Source of the DNA: an uncultured Bacteroidota bacterium
GTDB lineage: Bacteria > Bacteroidota > Bacteroidia > Flavobacteriales > Flavobacteriaceae
Assembly: GCA_902583445.1 (NCBI GenBank)
Contig: CACHVZ010000002.1
Span: 82,191-146,190 of the forward strand
Length of the DNA stretch: 64,000 nt
Direction: 5' to 3'
Part shown: piece after piece, positions 55,339-64,000 of the stretch
Numbering within the stretch: position 1 is the first letter of the stretch
Layout: the number at the start of each line of letters is the position of its first letter
Position numbers and translations under genes: made by a program
The notes under the pieces: model-generated
The model's database searches: none
Seen by the model: the letters and a program-made list of their open reading frames with translations, nothing else
What the model was told of the DNA's origin: nothing

Positions 55339-57272
55339 CTATTTTTCTCAATTTTGTTTCGTCTTTTTCTCCAAAACTCAATTTTATTGTTTATAATATT
55401 AATTTTGGTTGAAACATTTTTAAAAAGGGGATTATCACTACTTGAATCAGAGAAGAATTCCAGATTATTCTGAAACTGATTTGATTCATCTTCAAGTTCA
55501 GAAATCTTTCTTTTAATGAACTGAATTTTTTTGTTCATTTCATCGGAATTATTTTTTAATAATTCTATTTCTAACTCAAAACTAAGATTATCCTTTTCAT
55601 CATTTTTTAGATCAAGTGACTTTAAGATTGAGTTAATTTTCTTATTAAGGTTATTATTTAAAATGTTATTCGAATTAAGATTAATAGAATCAAAACTATT
55701 CCATTCAGAAATAATTGACTTAAAGAACTCATCTACATCATCTACTGAATACTTTTTTTTAGAAAACTTAAGTTTATCAATAAATTTTGTTTTGTTATCA
55801 TAATTTTTCTGTTCTTCCTTGCTTAAGTTTATTGCACCAGACTTAAGAATATCATAAAATCTATTGATTAAAGGACGAAATTCATCCCATAGTGAATTTG
55901 AAATTTTTCTTGGCAAATAACCAATTTTTTTCCACTCTTCTTGAATTGCTTTTACTCTACTTGAATTTTCAGCAATCTTGTTTTCCTCAATAATTTTTTG
56001 AACCTCCATTATTAATGCTTTCTTCAATTCAATACTCTTCTTGAGTTCCTTTTTTTGGTTTTTATAAAAATTATTTTTACTTGTATTAAATTCTTTTGTG
56101 ACTACTCTGAAATCATTCCAACATTTTTTATTCTTATTTCTTTGAAGGTTTTTAATACTTTGAAATTCATTTTTTAGCTTATCAAATTCTTTAATTTTAT
56201 TTTGCCAATCTGAATGTGAATTCGGTACAGACTTAACTAAATCTCTCATCCTAAAAATAACGTCTTCCTTTTTCTTAAAGTTTTCTTGTTGAATACTTGA
56301 GATTTCTTTCTGAAAATTTTGTCTTTTGGAGTGTATTTTATGAGAAGCTGCCTGAAACCTTTTCCATAAATCATCACTATGTTCTCTAGATACAGGGCCA
56401 AGTTCATTCTTCCAAAGCCTGTGAAGATCATTTAAATCTTTGGAAGCTTTAACAATATCATTTATTTTATCAAGTTGTTCAGCCCTTTCAATAATTTTTA
56501 CTTTTTCCTCGTAATTGTGCTTAAAGTCAAGTTCTCTCAGATCTCTATTAAGATGAAGGAAGTCATAAAATTTGCTTACGTGGTGTCTGTAGGTTTCCCA
56601 AATATTGTTTCTTTCAGTAATTGGAACCTGTCCAATGTTATGCCACTCCTCCTTAAGTACTTTAAATTTTGAATATAGTTTATTTGGATTCTCATCTACA
56701 ATGATAAGATTTTTAATTTTTTCAATTAGCTCTTGCCTTTTCTCTAAATTTTCTTTTTGATTTGAACTTAGATCTTTGAAATATCTTTTCTTTTTAAATG
56801 AGTAAGTTTTTAAGGTTTGAAAAAATAAAGATTTAGATTTTTTAAATTCATCTGTATCAGATTCAGATGATTTTAAAGTTGAATTGATTTTTGATCTTAA
56901 TTCTTCAATATCTTTTCTTTTGTTAAACCAATCATCAGAATCAATCTTTTCAATAAAATCAGAAACTAGTTTATCCAAACTAGATGTTTTTGTTTTAGAT
57001 TTAGAAACTTTTTTTGAAGATTTTTTTTCTGATTTATCTAGTGTTACCTGTTGAACACCATACTGCTTCACCCATTCTTTGTATGCCTTAGTTCTTTTAT
57101 CTTTAGGCATATCAGGAATTTCATTGGAGTCTGAAGCTTCTTGACCATATTTTTTCACCCATTCTTTGTATGCCTTGGTCCTTTTGTCTATAGGCATTTC
57201 AGGAACTATTTTATTAACTAGATTTTCAGAATCCGATGAAGACTTTTTTGATATTGAATCTGAGTCTTTCAT
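55335..57272 (-). CDS. DUF349-domain protein
   Basis: 645 aa, Lys/Glu-rich, with repeated W..f....-type helical units (EEWHNIGQVP...IWETYRHHVSKFYD, LHRLWKNELGPVS...LWKRFQAA, EEWKKIGYLP...LWDEFRPLINRFYD). Confidence 0.7.
   Translation of the reverse strand: MKDSDSISKKSSSDSENLVNKIVPEMPIDKRTKAYKEWVKKYGQEASDSNEIPDMPKDKRTKAYKEWVKQYGVQQVTLDKSEKKSSKKVSKSKTKTSSLDKLVSDFIEKIDSDDWFNKRKDIEELRSKINSTLKSSESDTDEFKKSKSLFFQTLKTYSFKKKRYFKDLSSNQKENLEKRQELIEKIKNLIIVDENPNKLYSKFKVLKEEWHNIGQVPITERNNIWETYRHHVSKFYDFLHLNRDLRELDFKHNYEEKVKIIERAEQLDKINDIVKASKDLNDLHRLWKNELGPVSREHSDDLWKRFQAASHKIHSKRQNFQKEISSIQQENFKKKEDVIFRMRDLVKSVPNSHSDWQNKIKEFDKLKNEFQSIKNLQRNKNKKCWNDFRVVTKEFNTSKNNFYKNQKKELKKSIELKKALIMEVQKIIEENKIAENSSRVKAIQEEWKKIGYLPRKISNSLWDEFRPLINRFYDILKSGAINLSKEEQKNYDNKTKFIDKLKFSKKKYSVDDVDEFFKSIISEWNSFDSINLNSNNILNNNLNKKINSILKSLDLKNDEKDNLSFELEIELLKNNSDEMNKKIQFIKRKISELEDESNQFQNNLEFFSDSSSDNPLFKNVSTKINIINNKIEFWRKRRNKIEKNS
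57067..57205 (-). repeat. In-frame tandem duplication (87-bp period) in the 5' part of the DUF349 gene
   Basis: The two 52-nt cores, 57067-57118 and 57154-57205, differ at 5 positions. They encode IP(E/D)MP.DKRTKAYKEWVK.YG twice. Confidence 0.85.
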
Positions 57273-57314
57273 TTTTAGCTATTAAACAATAAATGTAACA
57301 AAAAAAATGTAAAT

Positions 57315-58064
57315 CTATTTTATTGATTTTTCCCAAAGGTTCCATGACTCATCTGCTTGAAATTTTAACATTTGGTATCCATTTATTGTCCTACAACCAA
57401 TTTCTTTACCTTTTTTCATAAATAGAGTTTCTGCAGGATTATATACTAAGTCAAAAAATATGCTTTTATCATTTACTAAATTATACGGCAAATCAGGAGA
57501 ATAATTGATATTAGGAAATGTTCCAATTGGAGTGCAGTTTACAATTAAAACACTATTGCTTAATATGTCTTTGCCTATATCTTTATAGGATAAATAATTG
57601 TTTTTCTTATGTCTAGATACAATTTTATAGGATAGATTATTTTTTTTACAAAAATATTTTACTGTTTTAGAAGCACCTCCTGATCCGAGAATAAGAACGC
57701 TGTCAAAATTATCTAAACTATTAGTTTCTAAGGTTTTTTGGAAACCTAATATATCAGTATTATATCCTTTTTTTTTTTGATTCTCAAAACATATTGTGTT
57801 TACTGCACCAATTTCAAGGGCTAGATCATCAACTTCATCCAGATAATTAATAATGTCTTCCTTGTAAGGTATAGTTACATTTAATCCAAAAAGGTTTTTT
57901 CGGCTAAAAATAAAATTAACTTCCTCTATTGACTCAATATCAAAGTTTATATACTCACAATTTGAGAGTTTTTCAATAGAATTAAATTTATCCTTAAAGT
58001 AGTTTCTTGAAAAGGAATAATCAATATCCCTACCTATTAAACCAAATTGTTTTATCTCTTTCAA
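57315..58064 (-). CDS. aroE: Shikimate dehydrogenase
   Basis: 249 aa with N-terminal FGLIGRDIDYSFS, NVTIPYKE, and the NADP loop GSGGASK. Confidence 0.85.
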   Translation of the reverse strand: MKEIKQFGLIGRDIDYSFSRNYFKDKFNSIEKLSNCEYINFDIESIEEVNFIFSRKNLFGLNVTIPYKEDIINYLDEVDDLALEIGAVNTICFENQKKKGYNTDILGFQKTLETNSLDNFDSVLILGSGGASKTVKYFCKKNNLSYKIVSRHKKNNYLSYKDIGKDILSNSVLIVNCTPIGTFPNINYSPDLPYNLVNDKSIFFDLVYNPAETLFMKKGKEIGCRTINGYQMLKFQADESWNLWEKSIK

Positions 58065-58999
58065 TGTTTATTTGCAAATCTTTCCAATAAAACTACAAAC
58101 AAAATACCAATAATAATATAAAACAGTGTTAGCCAGGTTTCTCCTAAAGAAAAATCAGGAAAAAATAAAGAAACTTTACCATTTAGTGACTCAGTCTTCC
58201 ATGGCCAAACCCCTCTGAGGGATCCTGCAATAAATCCAACAATAATTGATATTGTGATTGACTTGAATCTTTTGAGAAGAGTACTTAAGATATTAGATAA
58301 AAAAATTAAACCGCAAACTGATCCAATTGTAAAAAAAAGTATAACCTTTAATAAATAAATCCTTTCAGGATCATAAACGAAGTCAAAGTTAAATGAAAAT
58401 ATATCAGTTAAAGTAAAGTATAATGCATTTACTGAGTCAACCATTATCAGGGTATAACTTCCCATCAGTAGTAGAAGATATGACCCAGAAAGACCTGGTA
58501 AAATCATTCCTGATATTGCAATCATTCCTGAAATAAAAATTATAACATTTGAATCTGTTACCTCAAAATTGTCAGCGAAACTAATTAGAAGACCAATTGA
58601 CAAACCAACTAAGATCCAAAAAGTTGTTTTAATATTTAACCTTTCTAGCTGATAGTAAATAACATAAAATGAGCCAACAATCATCCCGAAAAATAGTCCA
58701 AATACATAAAGTTCGTAATCTTCTATTAGTCTATCTAGTACTAGTGAAACACTAAAAAAACTTGCAATAACACCTGAAAAAAGAACTGTAAGAAATTTAC
58801 CGTTTATTTCTTTATAAAAATCCTTAAATCCTCTATTAAATAAAATTTTAAAAGATTTAAAATTTATTTTTTTAATAGAATTTATAAGATCTTCATAAAT
58901 TCCTGTAATGAAAGCAACAGTTCCACCAGAAACTCCAGGAATTTTATTAACTGCACCCATTGCAAGTCCTTTAAGAAAAAGAAATATGTAATTTTTCAT
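58061..58999 (-). CDS. DUF368 polytopic membrane protein (a family recently linked to undecaprenyl-phosphate recycling)
   Basis: 312 aa with N-terminal GLAMGAVNKIPGVSGGTVAFITGIY and a second LPGLSGS repeat. Confidence 0.75.
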   Translation of the reverse strand: MKNYIFLFLKGLAMGAVNKIPGVSGGTVAFITGIYEDLINSIKKINFKSFKILFNRGFKDFYKEINGKFLTVLFSGVIASFFSVSLVLDRLIEDYELYVFGLFFGMIVGSFYVIYYQLERLNIKTTFWILVGLSIGLLISFADNFEVTDSNVIIFISGMIAISGMILPGLSGSYLLLLMGSYTLIMVDSVNALYFTLTDIFSFNFDFVYDPERIYLLKVILFFTIGSVCGLIFLSNILSTLLKRFKSITISIIVGFIAGSLRGVWPWKTESLNGKVSLFFPDFSLGETWLTLFYIIIGILFVVLLERFANKH

Positions 59000-59020
59000 T
59001 GTAAATTAATATAACAAAAA

Positions 59021-60376
59021 TCAAATAAGTAGTGCCTTATTATCTGTAAATTCAGGAAAATATTTTCTAAGTTTTGATGGTATTTTAGAGGATTTGCTTC
59101 CACTTTGATAAAAATATATAGCCTCGTTTAACTTTCCATTTTTTAGAAGACATCCACTTATTGTGAAATCAAGAAATGATTTATTCGGAAAATATTTTTT
59201 TGCTCTTAAACTTAGTCTTAATAACTCTGACCACTCTTCAATTTCTAAAACACATTTCAATAAACTCTTCCAAATTCTCCAAGACTGATTTTCTTGAATA
59301 TCGATGATTTCTTTGTAATACCTAATGGCCTCAATTCTGTTTCCAACAGATATGCTTGTAATTGCATTAAGCTCTATTATTTTTAGACTATTATGATTGT
59401 TATCTAAAGCTTTTTTAGAAAGATATCTAGACTGTCTTAAATTATTTTTCTTAAGATAAAAATTAATCAAATAGACCCATGCCTTTTCATTACCAGGTTC
59501 TTCCCTTAATGCTTTTTTAATAAATTCAATAAACAGCTTCTTATTATTTAATTTTTTATAGCATTTTGATATTCTGAAAAGTATGTATGAGTTAGGTTCA
59601 CTTAGTTGTAACGAAATTTTATAATTTTCAAGTGCATTTTTATACTTCTTGACTTTTTCAAGAATTTTAGCTTTTTCAATGTATGCTGAAACAAATTGAT
59701 CATCAGAAATAATTGCAAAATCAAATGCTGAAATTGCTTCCTTTAATTTGCCTTGCTTTTTATAAATTTTCCCAAGTTGATGCCATGCTATTTTTGAATA
59801 TGGTCTTTTTTCAAGAACATTGCTAAGCTCTCTTATTGATTCATCTATCAATCCTAAATTTTCATAGCAAAAAACTAAATTATAAAGAGATTGATAATCT
59901 TCATCATCATAATCTAGGCATTTTTTAAAAAAAGGTATAGCGGATTCAAAATCTTCAATTAATAAGAATTCCATTGCTATCATATTCCAGATATCTAACT
60001 TATCATCAATAAATAAAAGAGCACTTTTAAGTATTTCAATTGCTTCATCACTAAGATTATTTTTTGAATAAATAGTCGCCTTTTGAAGATAAACCTCTCT
60101 ATTTTCAGGGTCTATTTCTTGAACAAAGTTTAAAATCTCATAAGCAGCATCATATTTTGAATTGAAAATTAATAATTCAGAGTTAAGTAACATTAGATCT
60201 AAATTGTTTGGATGTTGATTTAATCCCATTTTTACAGCTTGATCAGCTAACTTATAGTTTGCTTGATCGATGTAGTGGTGAGAAATATTTATGAAGTCAT
60301 TAGAGTCAAAGTAAAAAACACTATTTGTTTTTAACATTTGCTCAAACCTAATAATAGAACTACTATTGTTACTCAA
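59021..60376 (-). CDS. Tetratricopeptide-repeat protein
   Basis: 451 aa with multiple 34-residue A..YY/A...F-type helical repeats. TTG start. Confidence 0.65.
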   Translation of the reverse strand: MSNNSSSIIRFEQMLKTNSVFYFDSNDFINISHHYIDQANYKLADQAVKMGLNQHPNNLDLMLLNSELLIFNSKYDAAYEILNFVQEIDPENREVYLQKATIYSKNNLSDEAIEILKSALLFIDDKLDIWNMIAMEFLLIEDFESAIPFFKKCLDYDDEDYQSLYNLVFCYENLGLIDESIRELSNVLEKRPYSKIAWHQLGKIYKKQGKLKEAISAFDFAIISDDQFVSAYIEKAKILEKVKKYKNALENYKISLQLSEPNSYILFRISKCYKKLNNKKLFIEFIKKALREEPGNEKAWVYLINFYLKKNNLRQSRYLSKKALDNNHNSLKIIELNAITSISVGNRIEAIRYYKEIIDIQENQSWRIWKSLLKCVLEIEEWSELLRLSLRAKKYFPNKSFLDFTISGCLLKNGKLNEAIYFYQSGSKSSKIPSKLRKYFPEFTDNKALLI

Positions 60377-60466
60377 GAATATTATTTTATTCTAAAGTAC
60401 ACATCTAGTTAAGTCATATTTAGATTGATGTTAATTTATTTTCAACAAAATAATTAACAAGTTAGA

Positions 60467-62071
60467 TTACTCTATTTCAACAATTTCAAGCTTTTTGTCA
60501 CTTTCACTGAATAAATCAGATATCTTATTTGGTTTTTCACTCTCTCTCCAAATAAAACCTGGAAGTTTCATTTCGTTAGTAAGAATTTTATTTTCAGATA
60601 ACACATTTCCATCAGGTGTTCTGTAAAATGACACTTCAGATATTTCATTCTCAAGAAATTTAATTAAAATTGAGCTTGCTAAAGTTTTGTTTAAGCCAAT
60701 TAATTCTGCATCATCTGAATACATGTAGTAAAGTAAAGTACTATTCTTTACAACATAAACATTATCTAATTTTCCGTCTGAAAAAAAACCATCTAATTTT
60801 TCTCCCTTTATTTGATTAAACCGATCACTATACAAAGAATCTTTTTGACTCATAAATACATTACCTCGAATAATTAGAGAATCTAATTCTTCTGTTTTAA
60901 CATTTGATTTTAAAAATATTTGGTCACCTGTTATCTGATTACCTCCAAACCATATAATTGGATTAAGTTTATTTTTTTCCTCGTCAGTTAATGATTTTAG
61001 GAATCTAGAACTTTTAGGTTTCTTTAATAGTTTAATTAATCCAGTTTCTTGGTTAAAATGTATTGAGTCAGATAGACCTCTAACATCTGATTTAAGAATT
61101 CTTACATCATAATAACCTTTTAAAATTTTTTTTTCGTCTGCACCTGTAATTGTAATTGTATCAGAGTGAATATAGAGTGAATCATTTTTAATTATATTAA
61201 CCGCTAATGCATTTTTGGTAACAATAGCGGAATCTTTGTCTCTAAAAATTTCTCCATAATGTCCAGTAATTATTGATTTATTTATAGTATCATTAATCTT
61301 GACATTATATGAAGCAGATGCATATGATTTTTCATTTTCAAAAAATATACTGTCTCCATTTATTATTTTTCCATCATAATTAATAGTAGCATCTTCTCTA
61401 AAAAATCCTCTTTGAAGATTAGTATCATAAAATCCATTTCTACAAAATATATTATAATCAATACCAGTAATTATAGTTTTATCATTGAAGAAAGCTTGAT
61501 TGCTTTCAGTGAAGTATTCTAATTCTTCAGAGTTTACATTATATTCTGGATTATCAATGGTTACATTAGACCTAAAAATATATTTCTTAGGTCCCATATA
61601 ATATGTACCTGAGTTACTCTCAAGAGTATTATCATTATCAACTATTTTACCCTTTGAATTATAAAATGCAATATTTTTTGGTCTATCAAGATAAAGTGTA
61701 TCAGTCTCCAGCTTCATATCTGGTCTTATTAGCTTTACGTTTCCATATGCAATAGCTGTTTTTGTCTTTCCATCATATTCAAGAAAATCTGAAGTCAGTA
61801 ACAATGAATCCCCTTGATTAAAATTTACTTTTCCATTTGCAGTAAATGAATTTTCATTAAAATAATAGTATGATATATCTGACTCTATCCTTGCTCCATC
61901 ATGAAATAAAATAACTCTAAGATTTTTATCTCTTTGAAGAATATTAGCATCAGGATATTCTATAGAGTTTCGAATTGACTTTCCTGCTTGAATAATTTCA
62001 ACTGTTCTTTGTTCTTGACTATATAATGAAGCAGAAATAAAAAAACAAATCAAAATTATATTTGGTCTCAT
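60467..62071 (-). CDS. OstA-like (LptD N-terminal-like) exported protein
   Basis: 534 aa with a signal peptide and repeated beta-rich segments. The family is recognised only loosely. It overlaps the purA stop by 4 nt. Confidence 0.4.
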   Translation of the reverse strand: MRPNIILICFFISASLYSQEQRTVEIIQAGKSIRNSIEYPDANILQRDKNLRVILFHDGARIESDISYYYFNENSFTANGKVNFNQGDSLLLTSDFLEYDGKTKTAIAYGNVKLIRPDMKLETDTLYLDRPKNIAFYNSKGKIVDNDNTLESNSGTYYMGPKKYIFRSNVTIDNPEYNVNSEELEYFTESNQAFFNDKTIITGIDYNIFCRNGFYDTNLQRGFFREDATINYDGKIINGDSIFFENEKSYASASYNVKINDTINKSIITGHYGEIFRDKDSAIVTKNALAVNIIKNDSLYIHSDTITITGADEKKILKGYYDVRILKSDVRGLSDSIHFNQETGLIKLLKKPKSSRFLKSLTDEEKNKLNPIIWFGGNQITGDQIFLKSNVKTEELDSLIIRGNVFMSQKDSLYSDRFNQIKGEKLDGFFSDGKLDNVYVVKNSTLLYYMYSDDAELIGLNKTLASSILIKFLENEISEVSFYRTPDGNVLSENKILTNEMKLPGFIWRESEKPNKISDLFSESDKKLEIVEIE

Positions 62072-63345
62072 TTATCTCTATAAATAGTTTGAATTCGGTC
62101 TGGCCCAACTGAGATCAACTGTATAGGTACTTTGACAAAGGATTCAATGAAACTAATGTAATCTTTTAACTCTTTAGGAAGGTCAAATTCACTTTTAACT
62201 TGAGTAATATTTTGATCCCATCCATCAAATTCAATGTATTGTGGAATAACCTCTTTAGATTTTATATCGAATGGAAAATAGTTAATCTCTTTATCACCAA
62301 TTAAGTAAGATGTACAAACTTTTAATTTACCGATTGAACTTAATACATCTGATTTCATTATGTTTAATTCAGTAACACCATTAATTTGAACAGAATATTT
62401 TAAAGCTACAAGATCCAACCATCCGCATCTACGATCTCTACCAGTTGTTGCACCATACTCATGTCCAACTTTTCTGATCCTTTCTCCAGTTGAATCAAAT
62501 AATTCTGTAGGAAATGGTCCAGATCCAACTCTGGTGGTATATGCTTTAAATATTCCAATTATATTTTTAATCTTATTTGGCGCTACACCTAAGCCTGAAC
62601 AAGCACCAGCTGCAGTAGTATTAGAAGAAGTTACATATGGATATGTTCCAAAGTCTATGTCTAGTAATGAGCCTTGAGCACCTTCAGCTAATATTTTTTT
62701 TCCTTGCTCAATAGAATTATTAAGATAGGTCTCACTATCAATCAGATTGAAAGACTTTAAACATTCAATACCATTAAAAAAGTCTTTCTCCAATTCATCT
62801 AGACTTATTTCAACAGATTGATTGAAATTTGAAATAATATTAAGGTGTTTCTCCTTAAGACTATTATATTTTAATTGCCATGAATCATCAATAATATCTC
62901 CCACTCTTATGCCATTTCTTCCTGTTTTATCCATATAGGCAGGACCTATTCCTTTAAGTGTTGAGCCAATCTTTTTTTTCCCTTTTGATGCTTCAGATGT
63001 TGCATCTATAATTTTATGAGTTGGCAATATTATATGAGCTCTTTTGGATATAAATAAATTTTTTCTAAGATCAATTTTATATTTATTTAGTCCTTCAATT
63101 TCTTTGAGAAAGATTCCTGGATCAATAACAACTCCATTTCCAATTAAATTAATAGAATCTTTGTTGAAGATACCCGATGGAATAGTATGTAGAACATGTT
63201 TATTTCCGTCAAACTCTATAGTGTGTCCAGCATTAGGTCCTCCTTGAAATCTAGCAATAATATCATAATTAGAGGTTATTGCATCAACTATTTTTCCTTT
63301 ACCTTCATCTCCCCATTGAAGACCTAGCAATAGATCTAAAGACAT
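62068..63345 (-). CDS. purA: Adenylosuccinate synthetase
   Basis: 425 aa with QWGDEGKGK, GPNAGHT and GTTGRDRRCGW. Confidence 0.95.
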   Translation of the reverse strand: MSLDLLLGLQWGDEGKGKIVDAITSNYDIIARFQGGPNAGHTIEFDGNKHVLHTIPSGIFNKDSINLIGNGVVIDPGIFLKEIEGLNKYKIDLRKNLFISKRAHIILPTHKIIDATSEASKGKKKIGSTLKGIGPAYMDKTGRNGIRVGDIIDDSWQLKYNSLKEKHLNIISNFNQSVEISLDELEKDFFNGIECLKSFNLIDSETYLNNSIEQGKKILAEGAQGSLLDIDFGTYPYVTSSNTTAAGACSGLGVAPNKIKNIIGIFKAYTTRVGSGPFPTELFDSTGERIRKVGHEYGATTGRDRRCGWLDLVALKYSVQINGVTELNIMKSDVLSSIGKLKVCTSYLIGDKEINYFPFDIKSKEVIPQYIEFDGWDQNITQVKSEFDLPKELKDYISFIESFVKVPIQLISVGPDRIQTIYRDK

Positions 63346-63352
63346 ATATTAG

Positions 63353-63802
63353 CTATTTTTTCTTTTTAGTTGTGGCATATAAATATAGTGAATGATCCTT
63401 AATATCAACATTAAATATTTCTTCAATATTATTTTTTATTGATTGAATTCGAGGATCACAAAACTCTTTAACCTCTCCTGTATCAGTAATTATTAAATGA
63501 TCATGTTGATTGTTGAAGTAACACTTTTCATATTGAGAAAATGAATCACCAAATTGATGCTTCCTTACAAGACCACTTTCTAGAAGAAGCTCAATAGTAT
63601 TGTATAGAGTTGCTCTACTAACCCTATAGTTTTTTTTATTCATTTTTTCATAAAGTGAGTCAATATCAAAATGACCTTCAATGGAATATATTTCATTTAG
63701 TATACTAAATCTTTCAGGAGTTTTTCTGTGATTGTGTTTATTGAGAAAATTTGTAAAAACCTCCCTAATTTCCTCATTATTTTTCTTATTAATTTGGGCC
63801 AT
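63353..63802 (-). CDS. fur: Fur-family transcriptional regulator
   Basis: 149 aa with a winged helix (RKTPERFSIL ... ISRATLYNTIELL) and a QHDHLI metal motif. There are no CxxC pairs. Confidence 0.8.
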   Translation of the reverse strand: MAQINKKNNEEIREVFTNFLNKHNHRKTPERFSILNEIYSIEGHFDIDSLYEKMNKKNYRVSRATLYNTIELLLESGLVRKHQFGDSFSQYEKCYFNNQHDHLIITDTGEVKEFCDPRIQSIKNNIEEIFNVDIKDHSLYLYATTKKKK

Positions 63803-63807
63803 AAATT

Positions 63808-64000
63808 TTATTTTCTAGTAACTTTTTCAATTCCTTTAATATCAGACAACCTTTTCAACAATTTATTCAAAATTACTTTATTTTTTACATCTATACTTAT
63901 AACACCTGAAAAAGTCCCGTCATTAGTTTCAAAGGAGATTCTATTCATATTAACATTCATTGAATTTGAAATTAGAGAAGTTATCTCATTCATAAGACCA
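63808..64000 (-). CDS. relA: RelA/SpoT-family (p)ppGpp synthetase/hydrolase, C-terminal ACT-like end; the gene continues past the right window edge
   Basis: The C-terminal sequence ...FSGVISIDVKNKVILNKLLKRLSDIKGIEKVTRK is typical of the RelA/SpoT ACT domain. The frame is open to the window end. Confidence 0.55.
   Translation of the reverse strand, partial: GLMNEITSLISNSMNVNMNRISFETNDGTFSGVISIDVKNKVILNKLLKRLSDIKGIEKVTRK

Noticed and set aside
46585-63247. ORFs 46585..46833, 47266..47448, 49998..50180, 50470..50664, 55531..55803, 56246..56431, 56475..56672 and 63044..63247
   Set aside because: All are nested in, or antisense to, well-supported genes (lysA, sucC, uvrB, DUF349, purA), with no independent support.
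1-64000. tRNA, rRNA, tmRNA, RNase P, CRISPR arrays, IS elements, prophage, toxin-antitoxin or known defence systems
   Set aside because: All intergenic regions are at most about 216 bp and AT-rich, with no GC-rich cloverleaf-like segments. No repeat-spacer architecture is present. No ORF carries transposase, integrase, nuclease-NTPase or other defence hallmarks.

Overview
This is a gene-dense, very AT-rich chromosomal window from a Bacteroidota, most likely a planktonic, streamlined Flavobacteriia. Evidence for that assignment: a SusC/SusD pair, gldC, a 287-aa sigma-A lacking region 1.1, recurrent TAnnTTTG -7 promoter boxes, and the Bacteroidetes gene order in the dcw cluster. Nearly all of the window is core housekeeping. 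From left to right it holds: gcvP (truncated), purEK, adk-obg-mazG-like-aroA, queA, a polyprenyl synthase, dnaG, nadE, gldC, engB, and a complete dcw cluster (mraZ-rsmH-ftsL-ftsI-murE-mraY-murD-ftsW-murG-murC-ftsQ-ftsA-ftsZ, 13.3-28.2 kb). It continues with kynU, rpe, rpoD, pnp, rpsO, accD, fbaA, an Omp85 lipoprotein, rlmB, lysA, sucC, hsp20, and uvrB-ctaA-cca-tsaC. The last block is ruvX-def, followed on the minus strand (listed by coordinate, so transcription runs in reverse of this order) by DUF349, aroE, DUF368, TPR, OstA-like, purA, fur and relA/spoT (truncated). The only accessory-looking block is a stand-alone SusC/SusD pair (40.2-44.8 kb). It has clearly higher GC than its surroundings and no CAZyme or regulator partner. 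I found no rRNA, tRNA, CRISPR array, transposase, integrase, phage gene or recognisable defence or toxin-antitoxin system. I cannot honestly point to a clear novel multi-gene system here. The points worth a second look are smaller in scale:
- a promoter, hairpin and terminator module between susD and rlmB (candidate attenuator or sRNA)
- complete loss of the structural zinc ligands in DnaG and AccD (and the Fur-family protein), while catalytic metal sites are kept
- an aspartate-less (Asp to Glu) orphan response regulator
- -7 boxes only 4-5 nt from start codons (leaderless mRNAs?)
- a textbook triple MraZ operator
- a hairpin spanning the whole rpsO-pnp spacer
- a lipidated Omp85 (TamL-like) preceded by an A15 tract
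All coordinates and motifs were read by eye from the sequence. No database search was run. Several ORF-track starts are TTG or GTG and may be over-extended.
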